64,000 nucleotides of DNA, from sequence record NC_054933.1. One strand, given 5' to 3'. Below the pieces are notes generated by a model, which worked only from the letters and a program-made list of their open reading frames with translations, was not told the DNA's origin and made no database searches. Position 1 is the stretch's first letter; every line of letters begins with the position of its first letter. Positions 57,096-64,000 of this stretch are shown one piece after another. The translations under genes and the position numbers were made by a program. Origin of the DNA: Escherichia phage teqhad.

Positions 57096-57410
57096 CTAAA
57101 AGAAACTTCTTTCACAATTTTTTCCACTGAACCATGCGCTCACTGCTTTCTTAGTCTCAGGAGCAGTGTTATCCATAAACCATTCAAAGGCAGCCTTTTT
57201 ATGATTCTGGAGGGCTTCTCGGGCTTTAATCTGCTCACGGTCTATTAACACTAACATATGAGCCTTTCTTGTCACCAAGGGCTTCTTATGATTCTTGGAG
57301 TATTCCCAGTCATTTGTCCAACGCATTGTCGTTGCGAACTGAAATACTGCTTCTTTAATTTTAGTTTCGTAAATTTCACGAGCCTTTGAGTATAACATCA
57401 TTACCTCCAT
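57096..57410 (-). CDS. hypothetical basic protein (104 aa)
   Basis: Track ORF. Confidence 0.5.
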   Translation of the reverse strand: MEVMMLYSKAREIYETKIKEAVFQFATTMRWTNDWEYSKNHKKPLVTRKAHMLVLIDREQIKAREALQNHKKAAFEWFMDNTAPETKKAVSAWFSGKNCERSFF

Positions 57411-57499
57411 TTATCAGTTTAATTCTAGTCATCTTTTTGATGGCAGTCCATATAATCTATTTCTGAACTGCCTTTTTATCTTAGAAGGCCTCTTATGAA

Positions 57500-58468
57500 T
57501 TATTTCAGAAGAGTAACCTCAGCGATTTCTTCCCAACCGTTTTTGTCGGTCATAATAAAGTCAGCAAGATAAAGAGCAGTACGCAGTGAAACATTGCGTA
57601 AACGATTAACATTGACTTTCATCCATGATAATGCTTTATAAGTTTCTTCATCAGAAAGACCACGCTTTTGCATCATGTCAGTTGAAAGAATAACATCTTC
57701 AACCCTGACCATAATTTCTTCATTAGTGTGAACACCCAAATCCAAATAAACTGAGCGGGACACTAATGCTTGTAAATGTGGAGCAAGTTTAGTACCACGG
57801 TCTAATTCGCGGTCAATGTCAACGTTTGTGATAAAAACAATCGTTCCTTTAAATTCAAACTCACGCTCAATGCCTTTTTCTTCTAAGTAAGAAGATGCAG
57901 TGCTCCAGCAGACTTTACGGGTCTCTCCAGTGTCCAGAGCAGCTTTCAGAAGATTAAGAATGTCCATATCAGAGAAAACATCCACATCATCAATCAAAAG
58001 GACAGAATTCTCTTCACGATTATTCCAAAGTTGTTCATAAAGACCGATACCGGAGATTTTACCGTTAATGCTTTTATATTCAATGTATCCATTATCATTT
58101 GCTTTATTTAAAGCTTTATCTAAAGAATACGTTTTACCAATACCTGCTGCTCCCGAGATAATTAATGAACGAATGTTTCCGTTAATAATACCATTCGTCA
58201 TCATTCCCATAACATTAAATCTTTTATTAATGCGGGTTTTCATATCTTCATATGATTCTTTAACTTCTTCAACTTTTACACCATCATATGAAATGTCTGA
58301 TTTGTAAACCCAAACACCGCGACGTTTACCGTCAATTTCAACAAAAACTTTACCATCTCCTTGTGCATCTACCGGAGCATTATCTGGGAACCATTCACCT
58401 AAGAGCTCAAAAGTTCCAGAGATTTCTTTACCGAAGTAGATACCCTTATTGATAGTTACAGTTTTCAT
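57500..58468 (-). CDS. P-loop NTPase (322 aa)
   Basis: Walker A GAAGIGKT and Walker B LLIDDVD; track ORF trimmed at the TTG/ATG artefact (MKTVTINKG...). Confidence 0.6.
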   Translation of the reverse strand: MKTVTINKGIYFGKEISGTFELLGEWFPDNAPVDAQGDGKVFVEIDGKRRGVWVYKSDISYDGVKVEEVKESYEDMKTRINKRFNVMGMMTNGIINGNIRSLIISGAAGIGKTYSLDKALNKANDNGYIEYKSINGKISGIGLYEQLWNNREENSVLLIDDVDVFSDMDILNLLKAALDTGETRKVCWSTASSYLEEKGIEREFEFKGTIVFITNVDIDRELDRGTKLAPHLQALVSRSVYLDLGVHTNEEIMVRVEDVILSTDMMQKRGLSDEETYKALSWMKVNVNRLRNVSLRTALYLADFIMTDKNGWEEIAEVTLLK

Positions 58469-58499
58469 TTTATTCTCCAAATCCGTATCAGTTGATAGT

Positions 58500-58532
58500 T
58501 GTATAGTACCATAAAGCTTTATGCTTGTAAAC
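58500..58532 (-). promoter_or_regulatory. T4-type early promoter
   Basis: Minus strand GTTTACAAGCATAAAGCTTTATGGTACTATAC. Confidence 0.5.
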
Positions 58533-58552
58533 CGTTTTGTGAAAAATTTTTG

Positions 58553-58582
58553 AAATAAAAAAGGGAGCCCGAAGGCTCCCTA
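58553..58582 (-). terminator. intrinsic terminator (GGGAGCC-UUCG-GGCUCCC plus U-tract)
   Basis: Minus-strand RNA AGGGAGCCUUCGGGCUCCCUUUUUUAUUUC. Confidence 0.6.
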
Positions 58583-59596
58583 TCATTTATAATAACTTCG
58601 GTGGTTTTCAAGATAGACCTTCTCAAGGAAGTCATCCCAGAAACCCATGTCTACTTTTTGCTGCATACCGTTCTTAGAAGCTTCAGTAGATGCTGCTTCT
58701 ACTTGATCGACCACATCTTCCAAAAACTTTTGAACCGTTTTAAATGGATGTTTACCCAACTTCACGTCGAGAATAAATGGAGCGTCTTGAAGTGGATAAA
58801 CCAAGTCACCAGTTTTGTAAATTTCCAATAGTTGAAGTCCACCACGACAAGCATGGCTCAGAGCTTTCCAGTCAATGCCTTCATTGGCTTCGGCCTTTCG
58901 AGCGCGTTCACCATATTCAGCATCTAATTTGTTCAGTGACTGCTTAAGCTCAATAAGAGAAAGCGTTGTCTGATATTTACGACCCAGCACTGTATAGAAC
59001 GTTTGTGGACCTGTTTTCTCATGATTATGGAACACCCATTCACAGAATTCGTTTTCTGGAAGACGATGCTTAATATCTTCAACTTTAGTACGACGCTGCT
59101 TAATGGAACCGTCTTCTTGGTAATCAACCCATTGCTCAGGGATTTGATTAACTACTTTCAATACATCACGTAATGCAGCCAAACGAGAACCCTTGACGCC
59201 GTATTTAGAAGCTTGCTTGCGGACATATCCTAAATAGGATTTCATGTTAGTCGTATAAAAACGAGAACGGTTGTCTTGAATAAACTTCCACACATCAGGC
59301 AAATCAGATTTAACCACTAGTTCAGGTGGAGTGTGAAGCATATCCAATGCTACAGTTTCACCATCTGCTGCTAATTTAAAGAAATATTTAAGACTGTATA
59401 GTTCATGGTCAATATCATCTTTAGTGTTTTTAGATGATGTGTTGTTAGTGTTTTTACTCATGTGCTCTTTGACATTTCCGACAAGAATATCGCGAGCAGG
59501 AGGAACAAAGATTTCTTTAAAATCTACATCAGATTCTGGGGTAGAAGTTCCATAAAGATGACTACCAAAATAGCTTTTCATTACTGTTTTCATCAT
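58583..59596 (-). CDS. predicted nucleotidyltransferase (Pol-beta superfamily, 337 aa)
   Basis: GS...DxD motif: FGSHLYGTSTPESDVDFKEIF. Confidence 0.6.
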   Translation of the reverse strand: MMKTVMKSYFGSHLYGTSTPESDVDFKEIFVPPARDILVGNVKEHMSKNTNNTSSKNTKDDIDHELYSLKYFFKLAADGETVALDMLHTPPELVVKSDLPDVWKFIQDNRSRFYTTNMKSYLGYVRKQASKYGVKGSRLAALRDVLKVVNQIPEQWVDYQEDGSIKQRRTKVEDIKHRLPENEFCEWVFHNHEKTGPQTFYTVLGRKYQTTLSLIELKQSLNKLDAEYGERARKAEANEGIDWKALSHACRGGLQLLEIYKTGDLVYPLQDAPFILDVKLGKHPFKTVQKFLEDVVDQVEAASTEASKNGMQQKVDMGFWDDFLEKVYLENHRSYYK

Positions 59597-60054
59597 TCAG
59601 CCTTATATTCAATAACAGGACATACTTTAGCTTTACGAGCTTTTAAAAATTCAACGATAATCGATTTCTTGGGTTGAATAGGAGGTAAACCTTTATTTTT
59701 CCTATCAATGTTTTCTACGTGTAAAGCATAATCCTTTTTCCATTTATAATCTTTATATTTTTCACGCAAATGTACAGGAATAACAAATGAACCAATAATA
59801 AGTAAAACAACCAAAAGCGCAAGTATAAATGCTGATGGAAGCAAAGTCCATAAACTACCAAAAATAAGCCAACGCTGTAAACTTTCTGCACAAATAATTG
59901 TTAGCCCTACGAGTATAGCACATCCAAAAATAGAAACGAAAAATGTAGGAATGGCAATAGACCAAAAATATGCGCATAGTGTCTTAGGTCGTTGCCATTC
60001 ATCGTTAAACAATTTGAATAATTTATAATGCCAAGAGTTTTCATTAATAATCAT
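59593..60054 (-). CDS. membrane protein (153 aa)
   Basis: Three hydrophobic segments; AAAGGA SD. Confidence 0.5.
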   Translation of the reverse strand: MIINENSWHYKLFKLFNDEWQRPKTLCAYFWSIAIPTFFVSIFGCAILVGLTIICAESLQRWLIFGSLWTLLPSAFILALLVVLLIIGSFVIPVHLREKYKDYKWKKDYALHVENIDRKNKGLPPIQPKKSIIVEFLKARKAKVCPVIEYKAE

Positions 60055-60056
60055 AA

Positions 60057-60578
60057 TTATCCTTTCATTGAAGGTGTAACAGTTGTTAAATACTTAATCA
60101 TAGCCTCAGCTTCTGATTTTGATAGTGAAATTTCTTCACCGTTTTGGCGAATAGAAACAAAATCTGGATGACGATCACCACCAGCTTTTAAAACACACAT
60201 ATAAGTATCAGCTTCGCCTTCAATATTTGAAATGATTGAAGCAGTTCCACACGAATGTGGTTTTTGATAAATCAATACAGCTTTTCTTCCACCATTTGAC
60301 TGTTCATAGGCTTTTAATACATCAAACAAATCAGTTCTTTTATCAATAGCTAAGATGTTATTTTCATCTTCAATATTAAATCCTTCGGATACTTCATAAA
60401 GAGTTACCCATAAATCACCGATGTCAATAACAGCATTTACTTTTCCACGGCTTTCAAGAGTATGACAAATTTTCTTGATTTCGTCATAACTCATTTTAAT
60501 AATATCATCTCCTTGACTAAGGAAGATGTCATTTTTAAATTCAACACGAATTAAACCACTTCCACTTGAAATAAACAT
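60057..60578 (-). CDS. hypothetical protein (173 aa), tandem paralog 1 of 2
   Basis: ...GFNIEDENN... and ...SKSEAEAMIKYLTTVTPSM align with the next ORF. Confidence 0.5.
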   Translation of the reverse strand: MFISSGSGLIRVEFKNDIFLSQGDDIIKMSYDEIKKICHTLESRGKVNAVIDIGDLWVTLYEVSEGFNIEDENNILAIDKRTDLFDVLKAYEQSNGGRKAVLIYQKPHSCGTASIISNIEGEADTYMCVLKAGGDRHPDFVSIRQNGEEISLSKSEAEAMIKYLTTVTPSMKG

Positions 60579-60584
60579 ATTTCC

Positions 60585-61139
60585 TCACTTTGAAATCATA
60601 ATTGGAATGACAGAATCAAGATAAGTCTTTAGCGCAATAGCTTCGTCTTTGGTAAATGTGACAATATGTGCTCGAAAATCGTCAATTTGACGAATAGATA
60701 CTACATCTCCCTCTTCATAGCATTTTGACACATTTAAAATAGTTTCATCATTCTGATTGCAAGCGTTAGTAATAATAGCATTGCAATTTTTAAACCATTT
60801 TAAACTGTGTTTTCTTTCATTAGAATAATAAAAATATTTAATCTTATCTATAAAACTATCCCAATGGATAACTGATAAGCATATTGACTCGCTTTCAATA
60901 TTAAATCCTGGGCATGAAGAATAAAAATGAATTTTATGCTCATCATTAATGCTTACAATTTTATCAGTATAAGGATTTTCAATTTGGGTTAAATGAATGA
61001 TTTCACTAGGCGTAAAATATAGCATATCATCTTCTTGTGTCAAACGATACATATTATTTACTTTTTCTATAGCCAATTCACCAAAAAGTGAACTAACTTC
61101 TAATACTAATCGTTTCATATTAATCCTTTTTATTGGCAC
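60585..61139 (-). CDS. hypothetical protein (184 aa), tandem paralog 2 of 2
   Basis: ...GFNIESESI... and ...TKDEAIALKTYLDSVIPIM. Confidence 0.5.
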   Translation of the reverse strand: MPIKRINMKRLVLEVSSLFGELAIEKVNNMYRLTQEDDMLYFTPSEIIHLTQIENPYTDKIVSINDEHKIHFYSSCPGFNIESESICLSVIHWDSFIDKIKYFYYSNERKHSLKWFKNCNAIITNACNQNDETILNVSKCYEEGDVVSIRQIDDFRAHIVTFTKDEAIALKTYLDSVIPIMISK

Positions 61140-61386
61140 GAATTTGTTCTAAAATTTTAGAGTATTCCTTTGTATCAGATTTACGTACAATCGATACACT
61201 ATACGGCATACTATCGGTGTCTTTTATAAAGCGTTCCAAATGACACTCTAATAAAATTTCTGGATTATAAATCGTGTACATCAAATTACCTGTTGCTCCA
61301 CGATATTGACAGATTTCTACTGATTGAACACCATTCCATAATTTTGTTAAGACCAAATCACCTACTTCTAATTTAGGAAAGCCCAT
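61120..61386 (-). CDS. hypothetical protein (88 aa)
   Basis: Track ORF trimmed to MGFPKLEV... (GGTGA SD). Confidence 0.45.
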   Translation of the reverse strand: MGFPKLEVGDLVLTKLWNGVQSVEICQYRGATGNLMYTIYNPEILLECHLERFIKDTDSMPYSVSIVRKSDTKEYSKILEQIRANKKD

Positions 61387-61387
61387 G

Positions 61388-61573
61388 TTATTCACCAATT
61401 AAAGTTTCAATATAAGAATCAAGATTTACTTTAGCTTCTTCCATAAGAGTTTTGTATTTAATCTTGTTAGCATGTCCGGAGAAAGCTGATTCATCAATAA
61501 CTGTTGATGTATGAACAGCTCTACTATACGTCTCAATTAATTCTCTTAATTTAAAAGCCTGCTCACTTGTCAT
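61388..61573 (-). CDS. hypothetical protein (61 aa)
   Basis: Track ORF. Confidence 0.45.
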   Translation of the reverse strand: MTSEQAFKLRELIETYSRAVHTSTVIDESAFSGHANKIKYKTLMEEAKVNLDSYIETLIGE

Positions 61574-61677
61574 TACATACTCCTTTGAATCATATCAATA
61601 ATATTGTTCACCAGATTATAGGTAAACATTGGGTAATTATATTGAATCATCACATATATAACAAACAAAACTTTCAT
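61573..61677 (-). CDS. small hydrophobic peptide (34 aa)
   Basis: Hand-translated MKVLFVIYVMIQYNYPMFTYNLVNNIIDMIQRSM; TAATG coupling to the next gene. Confidence 0.3.
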   Translation of the reverse strand: MKVLFVIYVMIQYNYPMFTYNLVNNIIDMIQRSM

Positions 61678-61704
61678 TCTCTTCTCCTTGACAGTTGACA
61701 AGAT

Positions 61705-61734
61705 TACTATACCATAACCTTGCCAACTTGTAAA
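61705..61734 (-). promoter_or_regulatory. T4-type early promoter
   Basis: Minus strand GTTTACAAGTTGGCAAGGTTATGGTATAGT. Confidence 0.5.
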
Positions 61735-61900
61735 CCGTTAAATGTTGTTTTCAATAAAATTCTGAAGCTTTGTGTGAGCATCAACCATGATTTTCATTTC
61801 TTCCTTTGCGAAAGCTGTACCTCTTTCCCGAGCAGAATACTCATAGTCAGAAACTGCATTAGCATATTCTTCAATTAGCTTCATTAAAAACATCTGCTTT

Positions 61901-62095
61901 TCAGTTTTCATTATTCCACCTAATCATTTCAAGATATTGAACTAACTTAGCTTTAGATTTATCCAAATCCTTTTTAGCTGCTTCTATACCGTCGTATGAA
62001 TATCCTTCACAATGCTCAACTGCTAATTGATATGAATCTATTTCAATATCACGTGCTAATTTAATGATTTTTTCAAACTGTTCACGTGTTAGCAT
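61901..62095 (-). CDS. hypothetical protein (64 aa)
   Basis: Track ORF. Confidence 0.45.
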   Translation of the reverse strand: MLTREQFEKIIKLARDIEIDSYQLAVEHCEGYSYDGIEAAKKDLDKSKAKLVQYLEMIRWNNEN

Positions 62096-62097
62096 AC

Positions 62098-62301
62098 TTA
62101 AACTCTCGTATTATGATCGATAATTTCATCAAGAAACATATCTAACGCTTCTAAAGCATTATCAACTTTAGCTTCAAGTTCATCAATGCCTTTATTTGCA
62201 ATGCCTGACGAAAACCAAGCAAAGTCACTAAGTTCCTCGTCTGCTTTACGAATTAAAGCTACCAATTCTTTAATCTTATCCGCTTGTTCGATACTAATCA
62301 T
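62098..62301 (-). CDS. hypothetical protein (67 aa)
   Basis: Track ORF trimmed to [13 protein letters not shown]... (GGTGGA SD). Confidence 0.45.
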   Translation of the reverse strand: MISIEQADKIKELVALIRKADEELSDFAWFSSGIANKGIDELEAKVDNALEALDMFLDEIIDHNTRV

Positions 62302-62489
62302 TATTCCACCACATATGAAAGAGAGAATATTGCACACGCCATGTGAGTTGCAACTTCATCACACATATTATAACGTTTCTTAAGAAGTTCTACAAGTTCT
62401 TCACTAGTAACTTCATCCATGTCGACGAAAAAATCACCATTAATGATGACGTAGATATTTCCTTCTTGATTAAGTGCTTCAATTTTCAT
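62301..62489 (-). CDS. hypothetical protein (62 aa)
   Basis: Track ORF. Confidence 0.45.
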
Positions 62490-62514
62490 GATGTTCTCCT
62501 CTTTATCCGATGGT

Positions 62515-62547
62515 TGTATAGTACCACGGCTCAGACGGAAAGTAAAC
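62515..62547 (-). promoter_or_regulatory. T4-type early promoter
   Basis: Minus strand GTTTACTTTCCGTCTGAGCCGTGGTACTATAC. Confidence 0.55.
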
Positions 62548-62554
62548 CGGTAAA

Positions 62555-62582
62555 ATGAAAAAAGTCTCCCGAAGGAGACTAA
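62555..62582 (-). terminator. intrinsic terminator (GUCUCC-UUCG-GGAGAC plus U-tract)
   Basis: Minus-strand RNA AGUCUCCUUCGGGAGACUUUUUUCAUUUU. Confidence 0.6.
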
Positions 62583-62584
62583 TG

Positions 62585-62971
62585 TTATTCGAGGGAAAGA
62601 AGATACTTACTCTGGTAAAACATTCCAGTAATATCATCTATCGTGCTTTGAATGGCTGGAGGCATTTCTTTATAAATGCTGTTAGATTGGTCTAGTATGC
62701 GATCAATCATTTTAATTATGTCGGTAGGAAGTTTACTGGCATCTGGAATTGAAGGTGTGTATTTTCTACCAGAATACCCCAAATATTGCTCACCAAATTT
62801 ATCAATCAAATCTGGCAACTCGGAGAAAATAAAATCGTATGCTTTGTGTCTAGCATAACTTTTAGTTTCAAAATGTGCAGAATGAAAATAAGCTTGTGCA
62901 GCCATTAATAAACCTAAGTATTCATCTGCCTTTGAAGGTTTTCCACTTTGTGAAAAGTCGCTGAATTTCAT
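62585..62971 (-). CDS. hypothetical protein (128 aa)
   Basis: Track ORF. Confidence 0.5.
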
Positions 62972-63261
62972 TCAGTCTCCAATTTAATGTTCATAATTCT
63001 AGCGTATGATTGTGCCATCTCCGCGCCTCGTTCTATACATTCAAAATCAGAAGAGCACGGGTCATTTTTATAGGTCGTTCTCATAAAACTATAGAACTGT
63101 TCAGATGATTCTACACTTTTATTTTCAAAAAGCATATAAACGTGTCTAATACCAGATTCCATAAATTTATCAAAATGAGGATCGACATTCGCTTCAATCG
63201 ATGGAGATAAAACAAATGACAATCCTAGCATGGCAAATAGTGCCGTTGCTTTTAAGGCCAT
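62968..63261 (-). CDS. rI: RI-like lysis inhibition protein (97 aa, N-terminal signal anchor)
   Basis: MALKATALFAMLGLSFVLSPSIEA...; 97 aa; close to tk, as in T4. Confidence 0.6.
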   Translation of the reverse strand: MALKATALFAMLGLSFVLSPSIEANVDPHFDKFMESGIRHVYMLFENKSVESSEQFYSFMRTTYKNDPCSSDFECIERGAEMAQSYARIMNIKLETE

Positions 63262-63273
63262 AAAGGCCTCCTA

Positions 63274-63486
63274 TCATTTTTGTCCTGTATTTACTTTATG
63301 CCGATGCACGGCCTTAACTTTATCAAGGTATTTTTCAAAATTTCGCAATCTAGTATAGTCTGCCGGAGATTGGTTGAGTGATACTTCTCGACGCAAAGCT
63401 GAAATAACATTTCCAACTTCCCTACGAATTTCATCTAATTGAAGAACAGTAAGATTGCGAAGTTGCTTTTCAGTTAATTGTAGCAT
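63274..63486 (-). CDS. hypothetical protein (70 aa)
   Basis: Track ORF; late promoter upstream. Confidence 0.45.
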   Translation of the reverse strand: MLQLTEKQLRNLTVLQLDEIRREVGNVISALRREVSLNQSPADYTRLRNFEKYLDKVKAVHRHKVNTGQK

Positions 63487-63512
63487 ATATACCCCTTTAG
63501 TTAGATAAACCT

Positions 63513-63520
63513 ATTTATAA
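63513..63520 (-). promoter_or_regulatory. late promoter TATAAATA
   Basis: Plus-strand tatttata about 26 nt upstream of the ATG at 63486. Confidence 0.5.
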
Positions 63521-63528
63521 CTTTTGCA

Positions 63529-64000
63529 CTAACCAAGCTTTTTAGTTAATTCATTCCAATGTTTTCTACACAAAGAAACATAAATTTCATCACCAATACA
63601 GATTTGATTACCTTCTTTAACTGGTGTTCCATCTTCCATTAATCGAGCTGTCATAATCGCTTTTTTACCACAATGACAAACTGCCTTTAGTTCAATAAGT
63701 TTATCTGCAATCGCTAAAAGTTCTTTAGAACCTTCAAACAATTTTCCAGCGAAATCAGTCCTTAATCCATAAGCCATAACAGGAACATTATATGTATCAA
63801 CAATTCGACTCAATTGATGCACTTGTTCAGTTTTTAAAAACTGAGCTTCATCTACAAATACGCAATGAATATCTTTTTGTGCTTCAGCCCATTTATAGAA
63901 CTCAAAAATATCCATATCATCCGTAATAATATTCGCTTCCTGCTTAATTCCAATACGAGAAACGACTTCACAGACAGAATCGCGAGTATCAATAGCAGGC
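63529..64000 (-). CDS. tk: thymidine kinase, C-terminal part (5' end beyond the window)
   Basis: ...DIFEFYKWAEAQKDIHCVFVDEAQFL... and Zn site CHCGKKA...C; the frame stays open to the window end. Confidence 0.85.
   Translation of the reverse strand, partial: PAIDTRDSVCEVVSRIGIKQEANIITDDMDIFEFYKWAEAQKDIHCVFVDEAQFLKTEQVHQLSRIVDTYNVPVMAYGLRTDFAGKLFEGSKELLAIADKLIELKAVCHCGKKAIMTARLMEDGTPVKEGNQICIGDEIYVSLCRKHWNELTKKLG

Noticed and set aside
10580-58480. MENKM... N-termini in track ORFs 10580..10861, 30224..30472 and 57500..58480
   Set aside because: Artefact of the track starting at a TTG inside the conserved leader (UUGGAGAAUAAAAUG); the real start is the ATG after the SD.
2361-62547. Possibility that the repeated roughly 60-bp cassettes are a CRISPR array or transposon ends
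   Set aside because: The copies are dispersed, each immediately precedes a gene start, and they contain -35/-10 and SD elements; there are no regularly spaced repeat-spacer units.
1-64000. tRNA or other structured RNA genes
   Set aside because: No cloverleaf-like segments or tRNA-sized gaps were recognised; the T4 tRNA cluster lies elsewhere in the genome. This was not checked computationally.

Overview
The window reads as a near-contiguous early/middle-gene segment of a T4-like (T-even, Tequatrovirus-type) coliphage genome, running from the N-terminal part of topoisomerase gene 52 at the left edge to a truncated thymidine kinase gene (tk) at the right edge. Almost every gene is on the minus strand; the two exceptions are an HNH homing endonuclease (36996..37712) and a small membrane ORF (21576..21776). 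Recognised core genes, left to right: 52, ac, stp, ndd, denB, rIIB, rIIA, 39, goF, cef, dexA, dda, srd, modA, modB, soc, 56, 61, sp, dmd, 41, 40, uvsX, a glycosyltransferase, 42, imm, 43, regA, 62, 44, 45, rpbA, 46, 47, alpha-gt, 55, nrdG, nrdD, 49, pin, nrdC, rI, tk. Between them lie many small accessory ORFs, several tandem paralog families, two free-standing homing endonucleases (HNH and GIY-YIG), about 15 copies of a conserved early-promoter cassette, and many GC-stem hairpins with UUCG-type loops. Differences from what I recall of T4 itself: gene 39 is a single uninterrupted ORF, nrdD has no intron, the glycosyltransferase at the beta-gt position does not resemble T4 beta-gt, and the 56-61 interval has no room for dam. 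No tRNA, rRNA or CRISPR array was seen. All identifications rest on reading the supplied translations against remembered T4 proteins and motifs; no database search or computation was run, and coordinates of promoters and hairpins are approximate to a few bases.
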